A stretch of 46,433 nucleotides of DNA from Candidatus Bathyarchaeota archaeon. GTDB lineage: Archaea; Thermoproteota; Bathyarchaeia; RBG-16-48-13; JAGMEO01. This document shows positions 17,630-26,982 of this stretch, piece by piece. A program made the translations under genes and the position numbers. The DNA lies in assembly GCA_030602965.1 (NCBI GenBank), contig JAUVYS010000002.1:1-46433 (forward strand), written 5' to 3'. Numbering within the stretch: the stretch's first letter is position 1; every line of letters starts with the position of its first letter. Under the pieces are notes generated by a model that saw only the letters and a list, made by a program, of their open reading frames with translations, did not search any database and was not told where the DNA came from.

Positions 17630-18676
17630 TTACCCCCTCCTTTCATATAGAAAAGGTATATCATCTAAAAAAGATTTATCATAGGAATAGGTTGAAAACG
17701 AAGTAACAAGATAAGTTAATCCTGCTACTCCTAAACCTACTAGCAATGAAACAACAGGTTTTTTTGTAGCAACAAGTGTGACTGTTCCCGTTCCTATTCC
17801 TAAACCTAATACTATTGGATATACCGTTGGAAGTGTGGGTGTGGCAAGTTTCTGGTACATCGAGTAAGCGGGTTTCACGTTAAGATCCACGGTTACCAAT
17901 CCCATGTAATCACTGTAGTTTGTTGATTCTTCAGGTAAAGCATAGTCTTGGAATGTGTACCAAAAAATTTTTTGTACACTGTAATCTTTAAGAAATTGGT
18001 CAAGATCCTTCAAGTATTCTGCTTGTCCTTCTAAACCAAAAGTTAAACTGCTTACTCCTGCTTCTGTGATCCATAACGGTTTTGGCGAAGTAGTATTTAT
18101 TATGTTTTGTAAATAGTTGCCGTATTCTTCTTCAGCAAGATAAATATGGTATGATGCTATGTCACAATAGGATGCTGCACCGAGGTTCCAACAGTCTTGA
18201 ACAAGTTGATCTGAGCCTGGTTGAGGTGACATTGCGCTGAACACTATTGGTTTTCCGGTTGGATTCATTACTTCATAAATTTTTTGTAGCATATCCACGA
18301 TGTGCTGTGCAGAACCATCTTGGTACCCTAATTGAAATTGTGGTATATTCGGTTCATTCCATGCTTCCCATGCATCAATGTCTGGAAAAACATTTTTTGT
18401 GTTTATTAACGCTGTTTCCCAATCGTTGAGGGTGAAAGTAGGTGATTCATTCACAATGTATCTATCTAAGATTCCAAGTATTTTCATTCCGTTTGCATGA
18501 GCGTTTGTTATGACCGAGTTCATTCGGTCAATTAACCATTGTACCGTCGGTGAAAGAATTTCCACTCGCACCCATTCACATCCTAACGCCTTGATAAGGC
18601 TCCAATAAGCCGCTTCGTCATAGTATGGTTTTTCTATATCCCACGTATGTATTTGTACTCCTTTCATTTTTTTCAC
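17630..18676 (-). CDS. Clan GH-A glycoside hydrolase with C-terminal membrane anchor and DIPFLYE tail
   Basis: WEAWNEPN (acid/base) and LWITEAG (nucleophile); hydrophobic hairpin near the C-terminus. Confidence 0.85.
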   Translation of the reverse strand: MKKMKGVQIHTWDIEKPYYDEAAYWSLIKALGCEWVRVEILSPTVQWLIDRMNSVITNAHANGMKILGILDRYIVNESPTFTLNDWETALINTKNVFPDIDAWEAWNEPNIPQFQLGYQDGSAQHIVDMLQKIYEVMNPTGKPIVFSAMSPQPGSDQLVQDCWNLGAASYCDIASYHIYLAEEEYGNYLQNIINTTSPKPLWITEAGVSSLTFGLEGQAEYLKDLDQFLKDYSVQKIFWYTFQDYALPEESTNYSDYMGLVTVDLNVKPAYSMYQKLATPTLPTVYPIVLGLGIGTGTVTLVATKKPVVSLLVGLGVAGLTYLVTSFSTYSYDKSFLDDIPFLYERRG

Positions 18677-18726
18677 TTTTTACATATTTCTTATTTCTTA
18701 TTTATTTCTTACTTATTTTTTCTTAT

Positions 18727-19551
18727 CTATCTGTCTTGTTTCACTCCCACATAATCAAGATCTAAGATTTTGTTTGCGTTCTCTAATGTTCCAAAATCAA
18801 AAAATACTTCCAGATAATCTCCCGCGTCATCAGGAATATTAGTTGTTATATCGTTTGTTAAAACCCCGTCAATATAAAAGTCGATTTGAGTCAGTCTAGT
18901 AGCATCCACCCTAAAAATGTGATAGTCCGTGTCTAAAGCGACTCCAGTATCTTCACTTGTTTGTACTCCACCATCCCTGCATCGAGCCAGCCAATTAGCG
19001 TCTTGAAACGATACAAACCCTATATAATCATCACCATCAAACCGTAGAAGCATGAAAATGAACTGGTCAGTGTCAGATTGACCTAGCTTCGCCTTAACTT
19101 CAAACACCACCCGTTTTGAAACATGTAGGCTTCTAATAGTCCCCCAATCAAAATTTAATCCATCACCGTCTACTCCACCAGTTTGCAGACGAGCTATGCC
19201 TCCTATTTGACTGTCCACAACTGCTACTGATCCACCGTAAAGATTTGTTCCCCATTCATCTTTTATTTGGTCGCCTATAAAATCATCTATAAATAGAAGT
19301 TGGTCTTGAAGAGAATCCAAACATCTTGCTTCGTGACTTCTGTAAGCATCGTTTTCCCCTCCTATGAGATCAACACTTCTCCACTTGGAGTTCAGGTACT
19401 GATATAATCTGTATCCTACCTGCGTCGAGTTGTAGACTAAGACGGTTCGACCTTCATATACTGCTCCAGTCGGATCAGCCCAAATACCTGCCTGTGTTTG
19501 AACTGAAATATATGTTCCTGCACCCACGGAAGCTCTTGTTCTCGCAGCCAT
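18727..19551 (-). CDS. Concanavalin A/LamG-like beta-sandwich protein, putative spike component
   Basis: DDF..., YHIFRVD...IDFYIDGVL, LDLDYV pattern. Confidence 0.6.
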   Translation of the reverse strand: MAARTRASVGAGTYISVQTQAGIWADPTGAVYEGRTVLVYNSTQVGYRLYQYLNSKWRSVDLIGGENDAYRSHEARCLDSLQDQLLFIDDFIGDQIKDEWGTNLYGGSVAVVDSQIGGIARLQTGGVDGDGLNFDWGTIRSLHVSKRVVFEVKAKLGQSDTDQFIFMLLRFDGDDYIGFVSFQDANWLARCRDGGVQTSEDTGVALDTDYHIFRVDATRLTQIDFYIDGVLTNDITTNIPDDAGDYLEVFFDFGTLENANKILDLDYVGVKQDR

Positions 19552-19552
19552 C

Positions 19553-21112
19553 TTAGTTGACACCCACATAAGTTATTATGTCATTCAACGTGCCGATGCA
19601 CCATATTCTATCTGTATTATCTATATCATAACTGACGGTGCAACCAGGTCTCAGAGCGTAGCCAGTGCCCGCAACCACAGTATTATCATTCCCTACGTAA
19701 ACCACAGCGTTACCCAAAGTTCTGTCAGAATCATTCTCTATCGTCACGCTTTTACAAGCATTCGCTGGAAATTGTTGTGCAGCCCCACCCATTGTAACTT
19801 GTCCATGAATTATAGATGTTGGTGATGCTTCTTCGGTTTCAAGAGGTTTACCTTCCTCCTGGTTAATCATCATTACAAAGCTGCGTTTGACTACTGCTTC
19901 ATCCACGAGAAAATTGGTGAGTGTCGTTCCTGCAGCGCTTGTTATCACGTATATGGCAACGTAAGTTACCGCTGATAAGTTGGCTCCAACACCTATCACC
20001 CCGTCTACTTCACTCATTAAACGATGGTAATGATGCCACTGGTCGTATTGAATATCGGCAAGAGGAATTTCCCAGTAAAACAGGTTGCCCGCATCTGTTC
20101 CCAACGCAATATACAGGTTAGTTATTGTGCCGCCTACAGGCGTTGGAACATACATGAAGCACATAACTTTTGCGTGAGTGCTATACACACTTAAATCTAA
20201 AGCCGCTGGAGGAACAAAAGATACTCCACCTAAAACTCCACCTGCAACTTTATCCCATTCAACACTGTTAGTACCCTGTCCTCTATGATCAGTGTTTAAA
20301 GCAAGATTCAATGTGCTGCCTTCAAGTGAAACACCGGCAAGAGAGTCGAAACCTGCCAGTAACACTTTAGCTGGAGCTACAGGTATGCTGCCATCAGGAT
20401 AAACTTCACCATCATCTGTAAAATCTGTTAATTGAACTTTTCCAACTTGACGGGTTGGTCGATCAATTACGTCTACTGCTCCTCCAGCTAAAACATCCGA
20501 GAAACTGAAAAGGTAGAATATACAGTCTTGAGTTGCAGACGCCGCCCAAGCAGGAGGTGTCAATGAAACACAGAAGTTTCCTGCATGAGTTGGAGTTGAA
20601 GAGTCTATTCCTACTTCAACCTGTCCCGCAACAGAAGCAGATAGCCAGATAACGATAACATAGTCTTGTTGAGGTTCAAGAGTGTATGGTGTGGTGAAAT
20701 GAAAATTCACTAGCTCAATAGTTAATCCTAAAGATGGCTCTGTGCCTAACACGTTATCGCTTGTAGCTAACACTCCGCCCGCTATGTCTGGAACAGCGTC
20801 TACACCAACCACTGTGCCTGCTAAAACCCTGTAAAGCCTTGCTTGAAGAATATTTCCCGCAACAGCGAAGGCTGCGTTTCTTTGAAGATGAAACGATACG
20901 TCTGTCAACCGTAACAGTGCAATGGGTGAGGTGAAGGCTTGACCGCATGCCTCGTTAACCGCGTTTAAAATTGTGCTTGTATCCTGGTTTGCTTTGCCGT
21001 AGCTTTCAATAAGGTGGCTTAACAAGTTTCCCCAATTGATAGGTAACGGGTTAGCTACTCCTACATTGGCTCCGTCAATCCATAAATCTACTTTTTGTCT
21101 TGGTTCAGCCAA
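19553..21112 (-). CDS. Multidomain beta-rich protein, putative spike/receptor-binding protein
   Basis: G/T/V/A-rich tandem beta domains, including a CBM-like DLS...QWHH...VDE segment. Confidence 0.6.
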   Translation of the reverse strand: MAEPRQKVDLWIDGANVGVANPLPINWGNLLSHLIESYGKANQDTSTILNAVNEACGQAFTSPIALLRLTDVSFHLQRNAAFAVAGNILQARLYRVLAGTVVGVDAVPDIAGGVLATSDNVLGTEPSLGLTIELVNFHFTTPYTLEPQQDYVIVIWLSASVAGQVEVGIDSSTPTHAGNFCVSLTPPAWAASATQDCIFYLFSFSDVLAGGAVDVIDRPTRQVGKVQLTDFTDDGEVYPDGSIPVAPAKVLLAGFDSLAGVSLEGSTLNLALNTDHRGQGTNSVEWDKVAGGVLGGVSFVPPAALDLSVYSTHAKVMCFMYVPTPVGGTITNLYIALGTDAGNLFYWEIPLADIQYDQWHHYHRLMSEVDGVIGVGANLSAVTYVAIYVITSAAGTTLTNFLVDEAVVKRSFVMMINQEEGKPLETEEASPTSIIHGQVTMGGAAQQFPANACKSVTIENDSDRTLGNAVVYVGNDNTVVAGTGYALRPGCTVSYDIDNTDRIWCIGTLNDIITYVGVN

Positions 21113-21359
21113 TTACTACACCTAATTCAAATTCGAGTACGGTAAGCTCTACTTCTTCTTCATGTTTCTCTATTTTATTTCCATGCATAATTGACTGTTT
21201 CACTTTAACTTTAACTTTCTTCTTTTTATGTTTCGGTTTTTTCAGTTTCTTAACCTTCACTCTTTTCGGCTTCTTTTCAGGCTTTTCAGGCTTCTCCTCT
21301 TCTTCTTCTTCAGGCTCCTCTTCTTCTTCTTTCGGTTTCTTCTCTTTTTCTTTGTTCAT
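21105..21359 (-). CDS. Low-complexity Glu/Lys-block protein
   Basis: EEEEEPEEEEEE followed by KVK repeats; in operon. Confidence 0.55.
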   Translation of the reverse strand: MNKEKEKKPKEEEEEPEEEEEEKPEKPEKKPKRVKVKKLKKPKHKKKKVKVKVKQSIMHGNKIEKHEEEVELTVLEFELGVVIG

Positions 21360-21360
21360 G

Positions 21361-21837
21361 TTAGTAACCTGATGTTTCAACTAATCCAGCTAAGTTCACG
21401 TTTAAATCAAACGTGGGGTTTCCAGAGAAGACAGCGAAAAGAATATAGTAATATTTGCCTTCTATAGTTGGGATGCCCTTGGTGAATTTTAGTTTTACAA
21501 CTCCATACCCAAATTTTTGTGCCATTATTTGTTCCAGAACTACGCCGGATTCATCATATCTAGCGAATCCTCCATAAACAAGAGCATTAATGAGTGTAGC
21601 GAATTGTATCTCATAAAAATGAAAAGGTAATGCTGAAGCGGGAACTAAACCTGCTAATGCTACGCCATAGATATTAAAGAAAGGCAGAGTTGGAACACCA
21701 GTATATGCAGCGCTATACATTACTCTGCCTTGATCGCTTCGGATGAGGTCGCTTGTGCCATACTCCACATTTATAGAGTAGTCTGGTAAGCCGACGCCTA
21801 ACGGTGTAACACTAAAAGTTTTTTCGATAACGACCAA
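21361..21837 (-). CDS. Putative minor virion beta protein
   Basis: N-terminus nearly identical to 21847..22311. Confidence 0.55.
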   Translation of the reverse strand: MVVIEKTFSVTPLGVGLPDYSINVEYGTSDLIRSDQGRVMYSAAYTGVPTLPFFNIYGVALAGLVPASALPFHFYEIQFATLINALVYGGFARYDESGVVLEQIMAQKFGYGVVKLKFTKGIPTIEGKYYYILFAVFSGNPTFDLNVNLAGLVETSGY

Positions 21838-21846
21838 TTATGACAC

Positions 21847-22311
21847 CTACAAACTTAGTTGATAACGGGTTAGATCCATATCTACACCGTGAACAGTATA
21901 TACACCAAGTAATGCTCCGAGAGAATGATTAGTTATTTCAAGTCTATAACCTGACAAGAATTTGCCGATGGGCATCCCCCGCGACAAATGTTTCTCTATG
22001 TTTTGATAATCATATTCTTGAAGAAAAGCCGCTTCTGGACCAGTTATAGGTACTGCTATCGCATCTAATTGTAACAATACATTTGCAGGTACACTAACAA
22101 AAAAGTCGTACAGCATCCAAACTCTGTCAACAGGCCGTGTTTGAAGGTCTAAAACAGTTACGCCAGGATTAAGCATTGCTTGCACAGAATAGGTATATGC
22201 GGTTTCCCAACTGCGAATAACAGGCTCGACACTAACTTCAACGTTTTGGCTGTAATCTCTTCTTCCAATTCCAAGAGGTGTAACAGCAAAAGTTTGTTCT
22301 ATAACGACCAA
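21847..22311 (-). CDS. Putative minor virion beta protein
   Basis: Paralogous to 21361..21837; alternating hydrophobic strands. Confidence 0.55.
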   Translation of the reverse strand: MVVIEQTFAVTPLGIGRRDYSQNVEVSVEPVIRSWETAYTYSVQAMLNPGVTVLDLQTRPVDRVWMLYDFFVSVPANVLLQLDAIAVPITGPEAAFLQEYDYQNIEKHLSRGMPIGKFLSGYRLEITNHSLGALLGVYTVHGVDMDLTRYQLSL

Positions 22312-22709
22312 CTTTTTCTCACACCCTCAAGATCAAAAATAATACCCGGCGTATGAGGATTACCAGCATCAGTGTTTTGCACTTCAACAAATAAGCGTTG
22401 ACCGAGCATAACATCTTTATAAACGGGGAACGGGGGGGTTGCATTATCTAAAGCGATGAAACCGTTTGAAGGTATTATCTGTATCTGTCCGATTCCAGCT
22501 CTTAATAACACTAAAGCATTACAACCATTTGGATAATGAAAAGTTATGCTGATGCATTTACCTGTAAGTGGACATACTTCACTCATAATTATTCCTGTTG
22601 AAGCTAATACAATTTGTCTGAATTGAACTTGTGCTGTTTGTTTCTCGTATTCTTGAAGTATGGATTCGTCTATTTGTCTTGGTTGAAACATACTAGTCTT
22701 GTTGAACAC
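22299..22709 (-). CDS. Putative jelly-roll-like virion protein
   Basis: 136 aa, beta-rich; in structural operon. Confidence 0.45.
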   Translation of the reverse strand: MFNKTSMFQPRQIDESILQEYEKQTAQVQFRQIVLASTGIIMSEVCPLTGKCISITFHYPNGCNALVLLRAGIGQIQIIPSNGFIALDNATPPFPVYKDVMLGQRLFVEVQNTDAGNPHTPGIIFDLEGVRKSWSL

Positions 22710-22722
22710 GAGATCTCACGTC

Positions 22723-23262
22723 TTAGAACCCGCGTAATACTGCTTCGCCTTCAGGAGTTAATTCTATGTATCTTTTAGGAGCTTCACCTGAAGCTAGAGC
22801 TACAGTATACTCGATGATTTCAAAGTATAATGTTTGTGCGCCAGCAGCTTTATTGATTTTCATATGTATTTCTATAGAGTAACTCCACTTATCCACTTCG
22901 TAAGGCCCAGTTAAAGCCGCTAAAACATTGTCTAACGGATTTATTGCTACACTGCTCAGCATAGGCTCGTCCTGCCAATACATGTTACATTGAACTAGTG
23001 TACTGAAAGAAAGATAGTGGATGTGAACAATTCTTTTTTGATCTATAGCACCGTGTAAAGGAGTGTATGCAGGTGCTCCTGTCGGTGCTTGTGCAGTTAA
23101 TGGATCTCCAGGGGTTTGAGTGCTAGCAGCATTATATGGCACTGCTTGCCTATTACGCTTCACCTTTGTAACAACGTAAAATTTCGCTCCGATTTTGAAG
23201 ACGTGTCCAGCTTTACTTACGGGAAGTCTCTCTGTCCTTATTTGGTATGGTATAAAACTCAT
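22723..23262 (-). CDS. Putative capsid-type beta protein
   Basis: 179 aa, beta-rich; first gene after a TAACTTTAAAATA promoter with GAGG RBS. Confidence 0.45.
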   Translation of the reverse strand: MSFIPYQIRTERLPVSKAGHVFKIGAKFYVVTKVKRNRQAVPYNAASTQTPGDPLTAQAPTGAPAYTPLHGAIDQKRIVHIHYLSFSTLVQCNMYWQDEPMLSSVAINPLDNVLAALTGPYEVDKWSYSIEIHMKINKAAGAQTLYFEIIEYTVALASGEAPKRYIELTPEGEAVLRGF

Positions 23263-23325
23263 TTACTCGCCTCGTACTACTAATACTATGAATAGAATAA
23301 GAGAGGGTTTCTTATTTTAAAGTTA

Positions 23326-23970
23326 TCATAATTTTGCGTGTGTATCTCCAAAAAACCGTGCGTGATTATAATTGTAAAAGAGATATTTAGCAGTGAGAAT
23401 ATTGTTTTGTTCTTCCATCATTGTTACATAATACAAAAAACTGTTTTTCATGTCGTTAAAGGCTTCTCCCGCAGTTTTTCCTTCATCTAACCCTAAAGGA
23501 AACTGTAATGCACTGATAAAAGAGGGGTAACTATCATTGTCTGGAGGTCCAGAATCTGACGCTGTGAAAATGAAGGGGCGGTCAAACGCTACAACTGCTG
23601 ATGCTCCGTGTTGTATTAGTGCAGGTGCAAGTTCTTTTCCACAGTTACAAGTAAACAAATAAACGATACGGTCACTCATCCAGGAAGGGTTTTCATCCTG
23701 TATTTTCAGGTTTAAGTCAGGATCAAAATTTTTTATGCCTAAAATAACGTTTTCGTTGCATCCTTTAATTCCTTTACTTCCACCATGACTATTCAAAATT
23801 ACTAGTCGTGGATCAAATTTGACCAGGGCATCATACAAAGTTGATAAAATTGCAGTTCTTAAAAAAACAACTTTATGTTTTTTTGCTAAGTGATCAGCTA
23901 ATGAACGGAGATAATAATATCCATATTGAATACTTGTGTCCTCTGGACAACAAACAATCAATATAGACAT
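23326..23970 (-). CDS. Clan CD (gingipain C25/CHAT-like) cysteine peptidase
   Basis: VILNSHGG and IVYLFTCNCG His/Cys dyad after hydrophobic strands; GASAVVAF, GKTAGEAF, FFGD. Confidence 0.7.
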   Translation of the reverse strand: MSILIVCCPEDTSIQYGYYYLRSLADHLAKKHKVVFLRTAILSTLYDALVKFDPRLVILNSHGGSKGIKGCNENVILGIKNFDPDLNLKIQDENPSWMSDRIVYLFTCNCGKELAPALIQHGASAVVAFDRPFIFTASDSGPPDNDSYPSFISALQFPLGLDEGKTAGEAFNDMKNSFLYYVTMMEEQNNILTAKYLFYNYNHARFFGDTHAKL

Positions 23971-23991
23971 ACATTCTGTATTCCTTGCAGA

Positions 23992-24291
23992 TTATCTTAG
24001 TCGCTTACGGATCACTCTTTCTCCTCGTCTAGCCGCGGCTTCTGCGAGTTCTCGACCTAAAGCTGTGAAAATAAAGAAGCCTATTACTAATCCAACAGCC
24101 ATTCCTGGAATGAATCGATCGAAAGATGATGTTTGAAAAGATTGTTTTTCAAGCCGTAATTGAAATGGTTGTTTCCCAAGCCGTAACTGAAATGATTGCT
24201 TCCCAAGCCGTAGTGTTTTGCTAACACGTTCGCCAAGTCGTTCGCCAAGTGTTTTTTCTTCAAATTCTACTTCTTCATATAAGAAGACCAT
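23992..24291 (-). CDS. MVFLYE-tagged single-TM protein with internal repeats
   Basis: MVFLYEE, (LRLxKQxFQ)x3, C-terminal TM helix. Confidence 0.7.
   Translation of the reverse strand: MVFLYEEVEFEEKTLGERLGERVSKTLRLGKQSFQLRLGKQPFQLRLEKQSFQTSSFDRFIPGMAVGLVIGFFIFTALGRELAEAAARRGERVIRKRLR
24134..24214. repeat. 27-bp tandem repeat x3 (in frame)
   Basis: Units at 24134, 24161 and 24188, consensus TGAAATGATTGTTTCCCAAGCCGTAA(C/T). Confidence 0.9.
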
Positions 24292-24426
24292 TATTTCGTT
24301 CTCCTTTCATATTCACGGTCTGCTTCTGATAATGCTTTTCCTAACGTGGTTCCACGTTTTTTTTCTTGTTCCGCCTCATCAAGATTAAGAACTTTCTTAT
24401 CCACAACTATTTTTTTTGTCATGTTT

Positions 24427-25035
24427 TCACCTCTCCTTCACAGCCTTAATTACAATCGCTGTTCCTATAAGACCCGCAACGATTAATACTCCGTATATAA
24501 TTTCTTTTGGAATTTTCGCTAGGGCTTCTGGAACTGCTTTGATCCAAGATCCTATTTCTCGTGCATTCTCTAAAAGAAAATATCCTGCGATAAATATGCC
24601 TACTACTATAATAACAGCCTTGATTATGCTAATTATAGCAGCAGAGACAACAAATGAATGAACATCTACGTCAGGTATATCAGTCTTAAAAAATGTAGTT
24701 GTTGTAACATAACACCGATAAGCGTTTTCGTATCGTTCATAATCATAATATAGCCATTCCCAACGAAAAGATACATTTATCGAGATTATTTGTAATGCAC
24801 GGCCTTCCTTCAGAAATTCTGCGGTTAATTTCTCGAATACTGCTGCCTTCATTCTTTCTGTAATCTCTGGTTCATGCCAATTTGGACTTACAGAGGGTGG
24901 AGAATACCAAAGTGCAGTCTCAAGAAGCCACTTCCATTCATACTCAAACAATTTTTGAAGTGACCGAACAACTTGAGGTTTAAGAGATGAAATAGTTTTG
25001 TCTTTAAATTCTAATTCTTCATATAACAAAACCAT
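24427..25035 (-). CDS. MVLLYE-tagged membrane protein (2 TM)
   Basis: MVLLYEELEF; two hydrophobic helices in the C-terminal half. Confidence 0.7.
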   Translation of the reverse strand: MVLLYEELEFKDKTISSLKPQVVRSLQKLFEYEWKWLLETALWYSPPSVSPNWHEPEITERMKAAVFEKLTAEFLKEGRALQIISINVSFRWEWLYYDYERYENAYRCYVTTTTFFKTDIPDVDVHSFVVSAAIISIIKAVIIVVGIFIAGYFLLENAREIGSWIKAVPEALAKIPKEIIYGVLIVAGLIGTAIVIKAVKER

Positions 25036-25095
25036 TATTTTCTCCATCCATTAATATTTAATTCTAAGTTTTATGAGTTTCCACTGGCTGCACGA

Positions 25096-25953
25096 TTAAC
25101 TCTTGAGATGTAATTCAAATTGGTTACAAACCGTTTCTGCTTCACAATCATTAGGTATAGGATCTCCCCAACCTTCAATTCCAAAAGCTATTTCTTCTAT
25201 TGTCCATCCATCACCTATAGGCGGTGCTTCTCCCCGATTACTTCCTCCAATATTTGTTTCTTGATTAATAGGAATGTAACTTTCACCTTCTGTTAAATTG
25301 TGATGCCAAAAAAATGTTTGTGCACCTTTCTTGTATCTACAATCAACATAAATGTTACAAGCTCCCAATTTCTTCATTATCTCATAATCAAGAATAATGT
25401 AGCCTTCAACGGCTGGAATAGAATTTAAAAGCTGTTTCAAATGGCAAAGAGCCACTCTTCCATAAATTGTTTGATGTTCCTTCAAATAAAGACTGACACG
25501 ATCATCCAATCCCTGTATTTTATAATGCAGAACAGTTCCAGAACCGCCGCCGGCCCAACTCCAAGATGCTCCTGTGAAATGCCAATCAGCCACATCTTTT
25601 TCTAGACTTGAATCAAAACCTTCTTCAACCCAACGCCCTACATTAAGACTGGAATTCCTGTTAACAATAACATATTCTGATGGTGCAGCAGCAGTAATCA
25701 TCGGCAACGAAATCAAAGAAGCTAACCCTAAACTTCCAACCGACAAAAGAACAGGATTAATAGTCTCTGGTTTCTTAGAATCATATATACCTAAAGAAAT
25801 AATTGTAGCTGCCGCGCTACCAATTAAAAAAAGTTTCTGCCAAGGAAAACTAGGTTTTTCAAGAGGGGGAGGTCCATTATCCCCTTTTATTTTTATCGAG
25901 AAAGGTCTAACATCAAACCTTGTTTCCTCCTGTAAATCATAAAGAAATGGCAT
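25096..25953 (-). CDS. MPFLYD-tagged membrane protein with beta-rich domain
   Basis: Start moved to ATG 25953; two TM segments then a beta domain. Confidence 0.7.
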   Translation of the reverse strand: MPFLYDLQEETRFDVRPFSIKIKGDNGPPPLEKPSFPWQKLFLIGSAAATIISLGIYDSKKPETINPVLLSVGSLGLASLISLPMITAAAPSEYVIVNRNSSLNVGRWVEEGFDSSLEKDVADWHFTGASWSWAGGGSGTVLHYKIQGLDDRVSLYLKEHQTIYGRVALCHLKQLLNSIPAVEGYIILDYEIMKKLGACNIYVDCRYKKGAQTFFWHHNLTEGESYIPINQETNIGGSNRGEAPPIGDGWTIEEIAFGIEGWGDPIPNDCEAETVCNQFELHLKS

Positions 25954-25966
25954 AGCTGTTTCCCAG

Positions 25967-26368
25967 CTATGGAGATCTATTTGGAGGGCTTTCGATCCAC
26001 ACTTCACCACTTATGTTTTTAGCGGGCATTATAAAGAACATGTCATAATAGTCAACTACGCCTGGATCTAAAGATGAAAAAGGCCATTCATAAGCGTCTA
26101 CTCCATCCGCCGCTAATTGTGGTTGAAACTCTGCTCTGACGTTTCCAGTGTTTCTGATGTCACCATAAACCTTTACGCTTTGTCCTGCTTCGGCTTCAGA
26201 AGGATAATTTATAGATACAAACTCTACACTGATTTGTGGTTGAAATCTAAGATTGATATTAAAACTTCTAACATCGTATCTTGCAGGGGAAAACTTGCGA
26301 GAAGCAAACCGTAAACTATATTTCTTTTGAGGTATTTTTTCAAATACACTCTCATATAGTAAAACCAT
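25967..26368 (-). CDS. MVLLYE-tagged protein with Ig/CARDB-like domain
   Basis: PSEAEAGQSVKVYGDIRNTG...LDPG pattern. Confidence 0.65.
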   Translation of the reverse strand: MVLLYESVFEKIPQKKYSLRFASRKFSPARYDVRSFNINLRFQPQISVEFVSINYPSEAEAGQSVKVYGDIRNTGNVRAEFQPQLAADGVDAYEWPFSSLDPGVVDYYDMFFIMPAKNISGEVWIESPPNRSP

Positions 26369-26421
26369 AGCTTAGACCAACTAAACGATCCTCACGCAGA
26401 CAGATAGCGTAAGCTATCTGT

Positions 26422-26970
26422 TTAGACGTAGATTTTGGATTCAGCCATTGTTCGTGGCAATACTATGAAGGCTAACAGCCATCCAGGTGCAGGGCTTGAT
26501 GTAGAATGCACATAAAACCTGAAGGTTTCTCCGCCTTTGAAAACGTAATGGTCTAGATTGCCTTTGTATGCGCCTTGTCGTTCTAGGAAGAAGCATACTG
26601 GCCCAGTGAACCATTCACCGATCCAATCTATTCCACCACCACTCCACCATCGCATATAGTCAAAGTCCATTGTTGGCAAACCGAAACTGTCATCAACACC
26701 CCAATTCATTATTCCCCAAGGGAAAAATGCAGTGTTCTGCAGCAATGTTTTCTGTGTGTTTCCTTGCGGTAGATTATATGCTAATGCAGTTGGTAAAGGT
26801 AATCCGAGATGAACAGGTTTATGGCTTTCGATACGCATTTTAATGCGTTCACGATCGGCGATAGCAGCAGCTTCTAGTTTAGCATCTCTATATCTCATAG
26901 ACATTATCGTATAAAATTCATCTCTTGAAGTAGGAGTAAAAACTGGTCCTTGAATTATCGCGACCATCAT
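26422..26970 (-). CDS. Candidate major capsid protein (single jelly-roll size and pattern)
   Basis: 182 aa, N-terminal helix then beta strands; second gene of a strongly promoted operon; has a paralogue at 8511..9026; fold is inferred. Confidence 0.45.
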   Translation of the reverse strand: MMVAIIQGPVFTPTSRDEFYTIMSMRYRDAKLEAAAIADRERIKMRIESHKPVHLGLPLPTALAYNLPQGNTQKTLLQNTAFFPWGIMNWGVDDSFGLPTMDFDYMRWWSGGGIDWIGEWFTGPVCFFLERQGAYKGNLDHYVFKGGETFRFYVHSTSSPAPGWLLAFIVLPRTMAESKIYV

Positions 26971-26982
26971 TCTAATCCACTC

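Noticed and set aside
18686..18727. Short TTTCTTA-like repeats
   Set aside because: Low-complexity AT-rich spacer; too short and degenerate to support a function.
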